Part shown: positions 1 through 9,511 of the stretch, piece by piece
Layout: the number at the start of each line of letters is the position of its first letter
Numbering within the stretch: the stretch's first letter is position 1
Position numbers and translations under genes: made by a program
NCBI GenBank assembly: GCA_016188965.1
Contig: JACPGT010000002.1
Location: 84,125-148,124 of the forward strand
Source: Candidatus Micrarchaeota archaeon
GTDB lineage: Archaea; Micrarchaeota; Micrarchaeia; Norongarragalinales; Norongarragalinaceae
DNA: 64,000 bases
Direction: 5' to 3'
Notes under the pieces: model-generated
Databases searched by the model: none
What the model was told of the DNA's origin: nothing
What the model saw: the letters and a program-made list of their open reading frames with translations, nothing else

Positions 1-39
1 AAGGAACTCCAGGACGAGCGAAGGAGAACGTGAAGTCGC

Positions 40-417
40 ATGACTCAATATTTGTTGGATGCCAGCGCCATCCTGCACATCGTGGGCGGCACGCCTCAAG
101 GCGCTCGCATCCGCGACTTGGTCCGGAACGGCGAATCCGCGACCAGCATCATCTGCTACTGCGAGGTCTTGAACAAGGCGGATTTGGATAAGCTGGCCAA
201 GGCGGAGGCATTCATGTCCAACTTGCTTGTCTTTCCTTTTGACGTTTCGGACGGCTCGACGGCCAAGAAAATCCAGTTGGACTGCCGCCGAAACGGCGGA
301 TACGTTCCGACGTTGGATTGCATGGTCGCCGCCACCGCCATCCAGTATGACTGCGAATTGGTCACGTCCGATTCGGACTTCGAACGCATCGGCGGCCTAA
401 AGAAACACCTCTTCTAA
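40..417 (+). CDS. PIN-domain ribonuclease (VapC-like toxin)
   Basis: 125-aa ORF with ATG at 40. N-terminal LLDAS and C-terminal VTSDSDF acidic motifs fit the PIN fold. Any partner antitoxin would lie before the window edge. Confidence 0.65.
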   Translation: MTQYLLDASAILHIVGGTPQGARIRDLVRNGESATSIICYCEVLNKADLDKLAKAEAFMSNLLVFPFDVSDGSTAKKIQLDCRRNGGYVPTLDCMVAATAIQYDCELVTSDSDFERIGGLKKHLF

Positions 418-426
418 AGGTATCCT

Positions 427-1104
427 ATGCCGGATGGACTTGTTTTCGACCCCCAATTGTCCGCTTCCGGCCAATTGCAAATCTTCATCGACGACCGCGA
501 ACTGAAATCCGCCGTAGCCAAGTCCCTCTTCCGCCAGAACGTGGTGCTCAAGCCCGTCCGCCTGCCCGTGGCCGACTTCGTCGTCTCCGACCGCGTCGCG
601 GTGGAACGCAAGATGGATGCGGATTTTGAAGCCTCCATTTTGGACGGCCGCCTTTTCACGCAAGCCGGCGAACTCAAATCCACTTTCGAATCGCCGATGA
701 TCGCCCTGGTCGGCTCGACGTTCCAACGCATTCAACCCAACGCGCTTCGCGGCGCCCTCATATCGCTTGCCGTGGACTACAAACTGCCGTTGTTCTTCTT
801 CGACACGGACGCGGAATTGGCCGACTTCCTGTATGCCTTGGCCCTGCGGGAACAACTGGCGCCGGACCGGCTGCATCGCGTTCAATTCGCCAAGAAAGGC
901 GACTTGGTTGCCGACCAGCAACGCCTGCTGGCTGAAAGCCTGCCGAGCCTGGGCCCTAAGACGGCCCTTTCCTTGTTGAAGCACTTCAAGACCCTTCAGA
1001 ACATCGCCAACGCCTCACAAAAAGACTTAGAATCCGTCGAAGGCATCGCCAAGAACCGCGCGAATGCCATCCGGAAGGTATTTGAGGCGGAATACCGCGA
1101 TTGA
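427..1104 (+). CDS. ERCC4-type structure-specific nuclease (short archaeal XPF/Hef-like) with C-terminal HhH2
   Basis: ADFVVSDRVAVERKMDADF matches the GDxnERKxxxD ERCC4 signature. The C-terminus (LPSLGPKTALSLLKHF..LESVEGIAKNRA) looks like tandem helix-hairpin-helix. Confidence 0.75.
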   Translation: MPDGLVFDPQLSASGQLQIFIDDRELKSAVAKSLFRQNVVLKPVRLPVADFVVSDRVAVERKMDADFEASILDGRLFTQAGELKSTFESPMIALVGSTFQRIQPNALRGALISLAVDYKLPLFFFDTDAELADFLYALALREQLAPDRLHRVQFAKKGDLVADQQRLLAESLPSLGPKTALSLLKHFKTLQNIANASQKDLESVEGIAKNRANAIRKVFEAEYRD

Positions 1105-1119
1105 TTCAGCCGTGATTCC

Positions 1120-2625
1120 ATGCCGTTGAGTGATTTTGACCGTGGCCGCCTTCATCAGTTCGAAAAGGGGAAAACGGCACGTAGGATTCGTTCCAATTTT
1201 GAAAGACTGAGCCGCTTCGAAGCCCATGCCACGGGCGAACGGGAAGAGCGCGAGCGTTTCATTCAGAAATACGACGGCCTGCTGAACCTAAACGACAGGC
1301 AAATCGAGATTTTGAACGGGTTGTCTTTGCCGGAACTGAAAGCGTTGGACCTTATTCCTCCTCGTTTCCGCAAGCCCTTCATTACCCAGTTGCCCGTTCT
1401 TGTCCAACGTGACTTGGAACGGTGGAAAAAACAGGAAAGTCCTGTCCTGCATAACGACCACGTTCGCCTAGACTTCACTTTGAAAAAAGGCGGCGGCGAT
1501 GAAATTCCCAGTACTGGCGGGGACTCCTCTGATCTTCTTGGCATCGATGATCGCCATGGGCTTTTCACCATGTTGGACTTCGAAGGCAAGGGCGCTTCCG
1601 CTAATGAGCCCCGCGGAATGGTTCAAGGCCTGTTGCGCGGTCACGTCAATTCGGTGCGTTGGGTGGCCAATGGAGTCCGCAAGCTCACAGGCAACCGCGT
1701 GAATTTGCTTAACCTCCTGCCTCAAAAGACCCTACATCGGCTGTTGCTGTTCATGTTGAACAGCACGGAACGCACGCATGACTTGCATTTTCCCGACGTT
1801 TCCTGCTATGGAACCGCGGGGCTATTCCAAGTTGACCCCAAGCGGAAACAGGTGACGCTTCACTATGTGCATTTGGGTGGTGAACCTTTGTTTGTATTGC
1901 GTAAACAAGGCGACGGCTCTTTCAAGGTAGAGGCGCACGGTGTCGCGGGCCCGGTTCCAGAAAACCCGGAAACGGAAGTTGAAGGCTGGGACGAGGGAAT
2001 CGGTGAACGTCCCTTTGGAAACGAACTGTATCGATCCACCATGGGCGGGGTCTTCGAATCGTACGCCACTACTTCCGATTTCCTCAAGAAGCTTGATGTC
2101 TATCGGAAGAAACATCCCAATCTTAATCCTCCGAAGATGACCGCAAAAAGCGCCCAAAAATTGTTCGAATTGCAAGATGGTCAGATGATGCAACTCAATT
2201 CGAATTATGCTGTCAAGTATGAGAAGAATCGCTTCCATATGCTATCCGCGGAAGGCAGCCCGTTTACCAAAGTCAACACCCTCAAGCTCGGCGTTGGAGA
2301 CAAGGTCGTATCCTTTACGGACGGACTTACCGAGGCGATGAGCCATGACGGCGAACCGTTTGGCCACCACCGCATCCTTTCGATTCTGCGCGAAAATGGC
2401 CACTTGAATGCCGAAGAACTCTCCGGCGTACTCAAAACCGCTCGCGAAGAGCATATAGGCTCCAACATCCAGGAAAACGGCTACACGCCGGACGACATGC
2501 GCATCCGCGTGTTTGAAGTGGCTGAAAATACGAGTGTGCCCAGGCCCCGCGTTCCCTTCGGAGAGCGCTGGCAACGCTTCAAAGACCGAGTAATGCAATC
2601 CTGGAAACGTTCAAGAGCTGCCTAA
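1120..2625 (+). CDS. hypothetical protein with PP2C/SpoIIE-like phosphatase region
   Basis: 501-aa ORF. LDFEGKGASA and FTDGLTEAMSHDGEPFGHHRI resemble SpoIIE/PP2C metal-binding motifs. The N-terminal half is unassigned. Confidence 0.4.
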   Translation: MPLSDFDRGRLHQFEKGKTARRIRSNFERLSRFEAHATGEREERERFIQKYDGLLNLNDRQIEILNGLSLPELKALDLIPPRFRKPFITQLPVLVQRDLERWKKQESPVLHNDHVRLDFTLKKGGGDEIPSTGGDSSDLLGIDDRHGLFTMLDFEGKGASANEPRGMVQGLLRGHVNSVRWVANGVRKLTGNRVNLLNLLPQKTLHRLLLFMLNSTERTHDLHFPDVSCYGTAGLFQVDPKRKQVTLHYVHLGGEPLFVLRKQGDGSFKVEAHGVAGPVPENPETEVEGWDEGIGERPFGNELYRSTMGGVFESYATTSDFLKKLDVYRKKHPNLNPPKMTAKSAQKLFELQDGQMMQLNSNYAVKYEKNRFHMLSAEGSPFTKVNTLKLGVGDKVVSFTDGLTEAMSHDGEPFGHHRILSILRENGHLNAEELSGVLKTAREEHIGSNIQENGYTPDDMRIRVFEVAENTSVPRPRVPFGERWQRFKDRVMQSWKRSRAA

Positions 2626-2963
2626 TCCTTCTTGAGCTTCAGGATGGCTTCGGCCAAGTCGCCGCCGGATTCTTCCAACGCTTTTTCGGCTTCTTCCTTG
2701 GTGCAGCCCGTTTCGTCCATGACCAAGTCCGCGTCCGTGGGCGTGGCGTCGCCTTCCGAGCCGGCTTCTTCGCGGAACGTGCCGGAGACTTGGAGGCTTT
2801 TCTGGCCCTGCATTTCGACGAGGATGACTTGCGCCGGTTCGACGACCGTTTTGGTGCCGTCGGCCTTCTCGACGATGACGCGCACGGCGTCGACGGGCTC
2901 GTTCTTGATGCCCATCTGCTTCATGATCTGGGCCATCTGTTTCGGATTCATGTTGGGTAGCAT
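2622..2963 (-). CDS. nac: nascent polypeptide-associated complex protein (archaeal NAC, NAC+UBA)
   Basis: MNPKQMAQIMKQMGI..VEMQGQ NAC domain and a C-terminal UBA-like TKEEAEKALEESGGDLAEAI. Start moved to ATG 2963, which is preceded by GGTGA. Confidence 0.85.
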   Translation of the reverse strand: MLPNMNPKQMAQIMKQMGIKNEPVDAVRVIVEKADGTKTVVEPAQVILVEMQGQKSLQVSGTFREEAGSEGDATPTDADLVMDETGCTKEEAEKALEESGGDLAEAILKLKKD

Positions 2964-3276
2964 ACCTTTCACCTTATTGGATTCGCAGGACAAGACCATT
3001 TTCTTTTCGGCAGGCCGCCTTTCCCGGGCAATTGCATTCGCAATTGCTGGGCCCCGCAAAGCCAAATGCTTTGCGCGGGTCTTTTTTGAAAAGAAAAGGC
3101 GACCGGGCCATTTGTTTGGGGTTCATATTCGGCAACATGAGGTTCACCTGTTTGATTCGCGCGCTTTTTTTTAAATGGCGAGATTGGTTTTTCGCATCGC
3201 CTTATTTTTCTTTTCGGGCTTTTTCGTCATCGGAATCGGCGGGCTTTAATTCCGCCTCCGCCATTACGCACTAGCC

Positions 3277-3705
3277 ATGTCTTCCAAGCGCTTTAAGTTT
3301 TTCGACCACACGGCGGACATCCTTTACGAAGGATACGGCTCTTCATATGGGGACGCCTTGCAGAACGCGGCCGCGGCCTTGTTTGAAACCATTGCCGACT
3401 TGAAAAAAGTCAAAGCCACCAAAACCGTCAAGATTCGCGAATGGGCGCCGAACCGCGACGAATTGGCCGTCCGCGTGCTGTCCGACTTGGTGGCGCAACG
3501 CGACGCGCAAAGCCTGTTCTTCAAGACGTTTACCGTGACGAGCATCGTGGAAAAAGACGGCGGGTTTGCCTTGGAAGGCGTGGCCAAGGGCTCGGCCATG
3601 TCGCCGGAAGCTGGGATGCTGGACGTCAAGGCCGTGACGCACCACGAGACGAAAGCGTTTGAAAACAAGGGCAAGTGGACGGTGCGCGTCCTGTTGGACA
3701 TCTAA
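3277..3705 (+). CDS. archease (RtcB tRNA-ligase cofactor family)
   Basis: N-terminal FKFFDHTADILYE signature and C-terminal VKAVTHHE, 142 aa. Confidence 0.85.
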   Translation: MSSKRFKFFDHTADILYEGYGSSYGDALQNAAAALFETIADLKKVKATKTVKIREWAPNRDELAVRVLSDLVAQRDAQSLFFKTFTVTSIVEKDGGFALEGVAKGSAMSPEAGMLDVKAVTHHETKAFENKGKWTVRVLLDI

Positions 3706-3719
3706 AGGGTCACGTACGG

Positions 3720-4073
3720 ATGAAGTGGGTCAAGCCATCGCAGGAAAAAATCAACGTGTTCTTGAAGATACTGCCACAGGGCGCACGCGTCGAGCCGCGC
3801 AAGATGTTCGGCTATCCCTGCGCTTTCGTCAACGGCAACATGTTCTGCGGCATGCATGGCAACGACGTCGTCGTCCGGCTGCCGGAAAACCGGCGTAAGG
3901 CGCTGGTGGCTTCCGGTTGGACTCCCTTCGAGCCGATGCCGGGCCGGTTCATGAATGAATACCTCGTCATCCCCGAAAAAGTGCTGTCCAGACCCAAGGA
4001 CGCGGCGGACGTGTTGCTGGAGTCGTTGGAATTCACGGCGATGTTGCCCAAGAAAGTCAAGACGCCGAAGTGA
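3720..4073 (+). CDS. TfoX N-terminal domain protein
   Basis: RKMFGYPCAFVNGNMFCGMHGNDVVVRL is TfoX_N-like. Start set at ATG 3720 to avoid overlap with archease. Confidence 0.55.
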   Translation: MKWVKPSQEKINVFLKILPQGARVEPRKMFGYPCAFVNGNMFCGMHGNDVVVRLPENRRKALVASGWTPFEPMPGRFMNEYLVIPEKVLSRPKDAADVLLESLEFTAMLPKKVKTPK

Positions 4074-4128
4074 ATCGCTTCCCCGTTTTTCCGGCTGGTT
4101 TTTAACGCACGGCTTCGTTCAGTGTTGT

Positions 4129-4854
4129 ATGCTGAAGACGACGTTTCCCTGCGAGTTGCTGTCATGGGACGACATGTATGAATACGGCCGCATCCTGGCG
4201 GGCAAGATTCGCGAGGAACATTTCAAGCCGGATGCCATCGTCGCGATTGCCCGCGGCGGCTACGTGCCGGCCCGGACGTTGTGCGACTTTCTCATGGTCG
4301 ACCGCTTGTACTCAGTCCAAGTGCGCCACTGGGGCCAAACGGGCCAGAGAAGCAAGAACGCCAAGCTGTGGCATCCGCTGTCCGCCGATTTGAAAGGCAA
4401 GAACGTCCTCATCGTGGACGACTTGGCCGACACGGGACAGAGCTTCGACATCGCGCTGGCCGAAGTCCGCAAACACGATCCGAAAGCCGTCAAGACGGCG
4501 GCGTTGTTCGTTCTGGAAAACAGCAAATTCGTTCCGGATTATTACGTGGCCATGCGGCCGTGGAAGTGGTTCGTTTTTCCGTGGAACTTCACGGAAGACG
4601 CGTGCAACCTCGTCGCGGGTCTGTTCGAAGCCAAATCGGAAGATAAGAAGAGCATCGACATGGTGGCGGAAGAGCTGTTCGTCAAGCACGGCATCCGATT
4701 GCCGCAGGACAAGCTCAAAGGCGTCATGACTGAACTGGTCCACCGCAAAGTCCTGCAGCCGTACTGGGTTTCGGGCCACTTGATGCGGTGGATGGCGGCT
4801 CAGACGCCCAAAGGCGGCACGCTGCACGGCGGACGAAAAATCGTCAAACGGTAA
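4129..4854 (+). CDS. purine phosphoribosyltransferase-family protein with C-terminal extension
   Basis: PRPP-binding loop NVLIVDDLADTGQS and AIARGGYVPAR. Start at ATG 4129; the upstream part of the ORF is Arg/Cys-rich junk. Confidence 0.7.
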   Translation: MLKTTFPCELLSWDDMYEYGRILAGKIREEHFKPDAIVAIARGGYVPARTLCDFLMVDRLYSVQVRHWGQTGQRSKNAKLWHPLSADLKGKNVLIVDDLADTGQSFDIALAEVRKHDPKAVKTAALFVLENSKFVPDYYVAMRPWKWFVFPWNFTEDACNLVAGLFEAKSEDKKSIDMVAEELFVKHGIRLPQDKLKGVMTELVHRKVLQPYWVSGHLMRWMAAQTPKGGTLHGGRKIVKR

Positions 4855-4966
4855 GCCGCAATCGTTTACGTGTTTTCTTTTTGTTTTTTGTACAGGCGTA
4901 ACGCTCGTGCTTCAAAAAATAAGAAAAGGATTCAAGCTTTTTGCCGTCTGGATTGAAAAATGGCTT

Positions 4967-5182
4967 TTAGTACCGGCGGTAGGGCAAAATCTCGTCGATC
5001 AAGTCGACTTGGGATAGCATCATGCGGCGGCAGCAGTAGCGGTCGAATCCCAGTTCGTCCAATACCACGGCTGCGTCTTCGGCTTGTCCGCCTTCTTCGT
5101 GCGAGCGCGTGCGCTTCTTGAACTCGTCCCACCATTCGGCGACGGGTTTGCCGCATGTGAAGCAACGGACGGGGATCAGCAT
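4967..5182 (-). CDS. rpoN: DNA-directed RNA polymerase subunit N (Rpb10)
   Basis: [21 protein letters not shown] zinc motif, 71 aa, downstream of S9 as in the archaeal operon. Confidence 0.92.
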   Translation of the reverse strand: MLIPVRCFTCGKPVAEWWDEFKKRTRSHEEGGQAEDAAVVLDELGFDRYCCRRMMLSQVDLIDEILPYRRY

Positions 5183-5300
5183 GGTTTAAGGCACCTTCAT
5201 GGCTTGCGACTGGAACGGGGCTTTTTTTTGATTTTTTTTTTCGGAATTGCGTTTGTTGTTTTCCTTTTTTTTGCTTTTGGCTTCTTTTTTCTTTCCGGAT

Positions 5301-5744
5301 TTAACGGTACGACTTGGTGAAGCGTGCGCGAGCTCCCGGGCCTCGGAACTTTTTGGGCTCGACGCGGCGGCTGTCTTCGACCAAAAGCGAGCGGTCCTGT
5401 TCCATCATCTTGGCTTTCAACTCGTCGCCTTCGTGGGCGACCAGCAGGTTGGCGATGGCGACGCGGGCGGCTTGGGCCTGGCCCATGGAGCCGCCGCCGT
5501 GCGTGGTGACGTAGACGTCGTATTTCGAGCCGTCCGTCAGGCGCAACGGCTCGGTGATGATCTGGCGCACGTACGCGGAGGGGATGGCGTCCAGCGCCAG
5601 TCCGTTGTAGTAAAGGTTTCCCTTGCCCGGATTCAAGTAGGCACGGGCCGTGGCTTCCTTTCGTTTTCCGCGCAACACGCCGACTCCCTTCTTCTTGCGG
5701 CTGGACGTCTTACGGGTTTTGGAAGCGGGTTGTGCAGTGCTCAT
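5301..5744 (-). CDS. rps9: 30S ribosomal protein S9 (uS9)
   Basis: GGGSMGQAQAARVAIA and C-terminal PGARARFTKSYR. Confidence 0.95.
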   Translation of the reverse strand: MSTAQPASKTRKTSSRKKKGVGVLRGKRKEATARAYLNPGKGNLYYNGLALDAIPSAYVRQIITEPLRLTDGSKYDVYVTTHGGGSMGQAQAARVAIANLLVAHEGDELKAKMMEQDRSLLVEDSRRVEPKKFRGPGARARFTKSYR

Positions 5745-5758
5745 AATCGTTGAACCTC

Positions 5759-6190
5759 TTACGCGGCTTTGGGCGCCTTCCAGCCAAGGCGTTCGCAGAC
5801 TTCCTCAAGGCTGACGTGCGCGCGGGCCAGTTGCTGGGACGTGTTGACGAATGGCTTGGCGTCTTTCGTGCCGTGTGGCACGCCCATGTAGATGCGCAAA
5901 TTGCCTAAGGCTGCCTTCATGCGGGCGTTGCGCTTGGGAAGCATGCCGCGGATGATGCGCTTCAAAAGCAAATCGGGGCGGCGGGGCCATTTGGCGCTGT
6001 GTTCGGGATTCGCCTTGTCCATCATCTCGCGGCGTCGGGAGTAGATGCCGGCGACGTATTCCGCCTTTCCGCTGAAGACGGCTTTTTCGGCGTTGACGAT
6101 GACGACGGACTCGTTCTCCGCGACTTTCTTGGCCACGTAGGCTCCGAGGCGTCCGACGATGGCATCTTTGGCATCGATTACAAGGGTCAT
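5759..6190 (-). CDS. rpl13: 50S ribosomal protein L13 (uL13)
   Basis: VIDAKDAIVGRLGAYVAK..RIIRGMLP motif set; sits between L18e and S9. Confidence 0.95.
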   Translation of the reverse strand: MTLVIDAKDAIVGRLGAYVAKKVAENESVVIVNAEKAVFSGKAEYVAGIYSRRREMMDKANPEHSAKWPRRPDLLLKRIIRGMLPKRNARMKAALGNLRIYMGVPHGTKDAKPFVNTSQQLARAHVSLEEVCERLGWKAPKAA

Positions 6191-6191
6191 G

Positions 6192-6542
6192 TCAAATCAC
6201 GATCTTGATGTTCTTCGCGGCGGCGTTCTTTTCCAAGAAGACCGACAGCGGCATGGCGTTGGACTTGCTTTCCTTCAAGCCATCCAGGGCCGTCTTGGAG
6301 GCGTCGACGTAGGCCAGCGTGAGCGGGTGCGACAGCTTGCCGACGGCCAGGATTTTTCCGGGTACCACGACGACGTCATTGGCCGCGGTGACTTGGTCCA
6401 GCTTGCGGAGGTTGACTTCGACTTCGCGGCGCTTGGGCTGCAGCAACAGTTCGCGCACGCGCGCCCAGACGGGCCGCTTGGCCTTGCGCAGCTGGTTGGC
6501 GAGACGGAGTTTGACGATGTTCTCGATTCCTTTTTTGACCAT
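6192..6542 (-). CDS. rpl18e: 50S ribosomal protein L18e (eL18)
   Basis: 116 aa with RPVWARVRELL..EVNLRKL..VVVPGKILAVG; position upstream of L13. Confidence 0.9.
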   Translation of the reverse strand: MVKKGIENIVKLRLANQLRKAKRPVWARVRELLLQPKRREVEVNLRKLDQVTAANDVVVVPGKILAVGKLSHPLTLAYVDASKTALDGLKESKSNAMPLSVFLEKNAAAKNIKIVI

Positions 6543-6566
6543 GTGTGTTTCACTTCGCTAAAAATA

Positions 6567-6675
6567 TGCAGGGGCTGGGATTTTCACGCCGCTTGCGGGG
6601 CGTTTTGAACCCAGGCACTCGCTAGGAGACTAGCACCTCAAGCTAGCGCATTTGACCAAGCTCTGCCACCCCTGC
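6567..6675 (-). tRNA. tRNA-Leu(GAG) with 23-nt intron in the T-loop (59/60)
   Basis: Acceptor GCAGGGG/CCCCTGC. Anticodon arm CTAGC-TTGAGGT-GCTAG. Long variable arm. T-stem CTGGG/CCCAG encloses 30 nt; removing 6581-6603 leaves the loop TTCAAAT. No encoded CCA. Confidence 0.85.
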
Positions 6676-6698
6676 ATCAAAAACCTCTTGTTTCCTCG

Positions 6699-7427
6699 CT
6701 ATGCGGATTTGGTGAATTCCGCCAACGCCTTATAGCGTTCCTCCAGCACCTTGACGGCGCGGAAGAACTGCTGGCGGGCCGGAATGTTGTTGTACGATTC
6801 GACCAGGAAGATGACGTCGTCCTTGGCCGGCGGCTCAACCTTGCCTTCGCAGCTTTCGCACACCTGCGACATTTCCGGCAGGTCGTCGACTTTTCCGACC
6901 AGTTCGGACTGCGCGGCCACCATGACTTTGGCGCATTTCTTGCATTTCTGCGAAAGCTTGAACTCGTGAACCAGGCCGTAGCTTGCGATGGCGCTTTGGA
7001 ACTTGGCGTTGGCTTTCGCCGTTCCCACCGAGGCGGTCGCTTCCAAGCGGAGGCGCTGTCCTTTACCCAGCTTCATCAGCGGGATGTGCACGAACGCCGG
7101 CTTGATGACTTCGTCCTGCGACACCAAGTCGCCGGAGTACACGGTCTTTTCCTCGTCCGTCGCCTCGGCATCCAGCGAAAAAGACACCTGCGCGCCGGCC
7201 GATGCCTCTTCGAACGTCAACGGAATCTGTCCCAGGCGGTTGGCCAGGTACTCGTTGAACAATGCCGACGTGTTCTCGTAGAAGTTGACCTCGTCGATGG
7301 CGAACGACGGCACGTCGGCGATGATGGCGCGGCGCAAGGCGTTGAGGAACGAAAGGCGGGCTCCGCTGATGCGGTACCAAGCCCGGTTCGTGCCTTTTTC
7401 CGCCAACAGTTGGACTTTCATGGCCAT
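6699..7427 (-). CDS. rpoD: DNA-directed RNA polymerase subunit D (Rpb3-like)
   Basis: LSFLNALRRAIIADVPSFAIDEV and a Cys-rich insert (KCKKCAK..CESCEG). Follows S11. The ORF start is TTG, so the first ATG (7427) is used. Confidence 0.9.
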   Translation of the reverse strand: MAMKVQLLAEKGTNRAWYRISGARLSFLNALRRAIIADVPSFAIDEVNFYENTSALFNEYLANRLGQIPLTFEEASAGAQVSFSLDAEATDEEKTVYSGDLVSQDEVIKPAFVHIPLMKLGKGQRLRLEATASVGTAKANAKFQSAIASYGLVHEFKLSQKCKKCAKVMVAAQSELVGKVDDLPEMSQVCESCEGKVEPPAKDDVIFLVESYNNIPARQQFFRAVKVLEERYKALAEFTKSA

Positions 7428-7434
7428 GAGCAAA

Positions 7435-7953
7435 TCAAACCCTGCGTCCGCGTTTTCCGCCCGGCCGCTTGGTGCTGTCCGTCGGAATCGGCGTCACGTC
7501 TTCGATGCGTCCCACCCGCAGGCCTGAGCGGGCCAAGGCGCGGATGGCTGCCTGTGCGCCCGTGCCCGGGGTCTTTGATCCGTGGCCGCCGGGGGCGCGC
7601 ACGCGGATGTGGATGCCGACGAGGCCGCGTTCTTTCGCGGTCTCGGCCGCCTTGAACGCGGCCTGCATGGCGGCGTACGGCGAGCCTTCCTCGCGCGAGC
7701 TCTTGACCATCATGCCGCCGGAAGCAACCGCAATGGTCTCGGCGCCGGACAGGTCGGTGATGGTGATGATGGTGTCGTTCTTGGACGAGTACAAATGCGC
7801 GATGCCCCACTTGCCTTCCTTGGGCATCACTTTCGTCGGCCGCTCGTCGAAGCGACGGGGTCCGCGCGGCGCGTTGCGGCCATCGGTGCGTGGAGCCGGG
7901 GCGCTGGGCGCGGCGGGGGTGTTGGTGTCAGGAGTTTTTGCGTCCATAATCAT
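7435..7953 (-). CDS. rps11: 30S ribosomal protein S11 (uS11) with Ala/Pro-rich N-terminal extension
   Basis: [47 protein letters not shown]. Confidence 0.95.
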   Translation of the reverse strand: MIMDAKTPDTNTPAAPSAPAPRTDGRNAPRGPRRFDERPTKVMPKEGKWGIAHLYSSKNDTIITITDLSGAETIAVASGGMMVKSSREEGSPYAAMQAAFKAAETAKERGLVGIHIRVRAPGGHGSKTPGTGAQAAIRALARSGLRVGRIEDVTPIPTDSTKRPGGKRGRRV

Positions 7954-8528
7954 GCCGCCTCAGGTTGGGCCTCTGCGGGCGTTGCCGGCTCTTCGGCCGC
8001 TTCCGCCTTGACCGGAGTCGAAGCGGTGCCTTCCGCAGGCGCGGCCAGCTGGATGGGCTTCTTGAACCACGAAATCTGGTCTTCTTCGGAAAAGCTGACC
8101 AGATACGACGGCGACGTGACCTTGTTGCCGCTGACCGCGATGTGTCCGTGGGTGATCAGTTGGCGGGCGCCGCGCACCGTCTTGGACAAATGCTTGCGCG
8201 CCACGATGGTCTGCAGGCGCCGGCCCAGGATGTCCTTTGTCGTCAGCAACAGCACGTCGTCGACTTTCAAATCGGGATTGCGGATAAGGAATTTCTTGAC
8301 GCGGCCCAGCAACTGTTCGGTGCGGCGTTCCAAATCCTTGCCCTTGCTCGACAACAAACGTCTGGCCTCGCGGCGGATGCGGCGCAACATCGTCTGCATG
8401 CGCCACAGTTCGCGGGCGTTCTTCAAGCCGAATTCCGTCCGTAGGGCCTTTTCGTCTTCGATGCGCTTTTTATCCCACAAGCGTTTGGGGCCTTCAAAGC
8501 GTTTGCGCAATCGTCCAGGGTCTCCCAT
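7950..8528 (-). CDS. rps4: 30S ribosomal protein S4 (uS4)
   Basis: [20 protein letters not shown] and S4 domain [31 protein letters not shown] overlap with S11. Confidence 0.95.
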   Translation of the reverse strand: MGDPGRLRKRFEGPKRLWDKKRIEDEKALRTEFGLKNARELWRMQTMLRRIRREARRLLSSKGKDLERRTEQLLGRVKKFLIRNPDLKVDDVLLLTTKDILGRRLQTIVARKHLSKTVRGARQLITHGHIAVSGNKVTSPSYLVSFSEEDQISWFKKPIQLAAPAEGTASTPVKAEAAEEPATPAEAQPEAA

Positions 8529-8534
8529 TCAAGC

Positions 8535-9185
8535 TCACTTCTTCTCCGCTTTCTTGTCGCCGGCAGCCGGAGCGGCGGTGGCACCCTTCTTGAGCGACTT
8601 CTTCATCACGCCGACGGTCATGCCCGAGCGGCCCGTGGATCGCGTGCGCTGGCCCCGCGTCTTCTGGCCCATCTGGTGGCGCCAGCCGCGGTACGAACGC
8701 ATGTCGACGTGCTTTTCGATGTCCTGCTTGACGGAAAAACGCAAATCCGACATGACGCGGTGCATGGGTTTTCCCGACTCGGGGTCGATGGGCCGGTTCA
8801 AAAGGAACGTGGGAACGCCGTAATTCGTCGGGTTCTTGATGATGTCTTCGAACGACTTGAGTTGTTCATCCGTCAGGTTGCCGACGATTTCGTCGCCAGC
8901 AAAATCGCTCTTGGCCAAGACGGCACGCGTCAGGGACGCCGAAAGGGTGTGGCCGATGCCAGGAATGTGGCGCAAGGCGTGCTTGACTTGGACTTGGCCC
9001 GGCATGTCCTTGCCGACGATGCGGATGATGCCTCGGAAATTCTCCTTTTCCTTGCCGGTCTTCTTGGCGATCGGCTTCGGGGCGTTCGGAGCGCTTTTGG
9101 CAGCCGGACCTGCGGCGGCCGCGGCCTGCTTCTGGTTGAACTTGGGCTTGGATTTTTCGTCTTTTGTCGTTTCAATCTTTTCCAT
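8535..9185 (-). CDS. rps13: 30S ribosomal protein S13 (uS13) with Lys/Ala-rich N-terminal extension
   Basis: FRGIIRIVGKDMPGQ..ALRHIPGIGHTLS..YRGWRHQMGQKTRGQRT. Start set at ATG 9185. Confidence 0.9.
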   Translation of the reverse strand: MEKIETTKDEKSKPKFNQKQAAAAAGPAAKSAPNAPKPIAKKTGKEKENFRGIIRIVGKDMPGQVQVKHALRHIPGIGHTLSASLTRAVLAKSDFAGDEIVGNLTDEQLKSFEDIIKNPTNYGVPTFLLNRPIDPESGKPMHRVMSDLRFSVKQDIEKHVDMRSYRGWRHQMGQKTRGQRTRSTGRSGMTVGVMKKSLKKGATAAPAAGDKKAEKK

Positions 9186-9226
9186 GCGTGCATTCCTTTT
9201 TTGTAATCCGCGTCTTGAAAATAAAA

Positions 9227-9482
9227 CGCCGGGACTGAGACTTTCAGCGAAGCGAGCTGACCTGCGGGTCATTCGCAACTTGGGTTCGCGTTCGAACTCA
9301 GAAGGGCTTGCGCCCACAGACTTAACGGCCCGATGACGACCTATTCAGCACAGCGATGGTCTTGCGACCATCGCATGCTCCTGCGGTCCTTCCTTCTAGG
9401 AATCGGGTTTCCAGGTCTGCGCATTGCCGTTCTGCCATCCCGGCGTGAAAAGCAAAACGAATGCCTTCTGGCATTCGCATCT
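9227..9482 (-). ncRNA. candidate structured non-coding RNA (class unresolved)
   Basis: Gene-free gap of about 430 nt. Minus strand has a TTTAAATA box at 9504-9511. Terminal 8-bp pairing CGCCGGGA/UCCCGGCG, nested GACCUG/CAGGUC and CCCGAU/AUCGGG. Two GCAA-capped hairpins. Followed by a U-run at 9218-9226. Confidence 0.3.
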
Positions 9483-9503
9483 TCCTCTCTTTGCCCGTGT
9501 AGG

Positions 9504-9511
9504 TATTTAAA
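9504..9511 (-). promoter_or_regulatory. TATA-like box upstream of the candidate ncRNA
   Basis: TTTAAATA on the minus strand, roughly 22-28 nt upstream of the proposed 5' end. Confidence 0.3.

Noticed and set aside
5183-5300. T-rich 118-nt spacer between rps9 and rpoN considered as an ncRNA or regulatory element
   Set aside because: It is simple poly-T/poly-pyrimidine sequence without helices. This is consistent with an archaeal oligo-T terminator or spacer and nothing more.
7582-8823. 413-aa plus-strand ORF, with similar very long ORFs at 19817-20893, 25585-26418, 26917-28020, 27050-28183, 29900-31363, 46340-48181, 48617-50041, 52174-53268, 54306-55643 and 58972-60252
   Set aside because: All lie antisense to, or out of frame with, genes that have unmistakable homology (r-proteins, the giant surface protein, pilins, the ATPase). 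Their translations are Arg/Gly/Ala/Pro-rich, as expected for shadow frames in GC-rich DNA.
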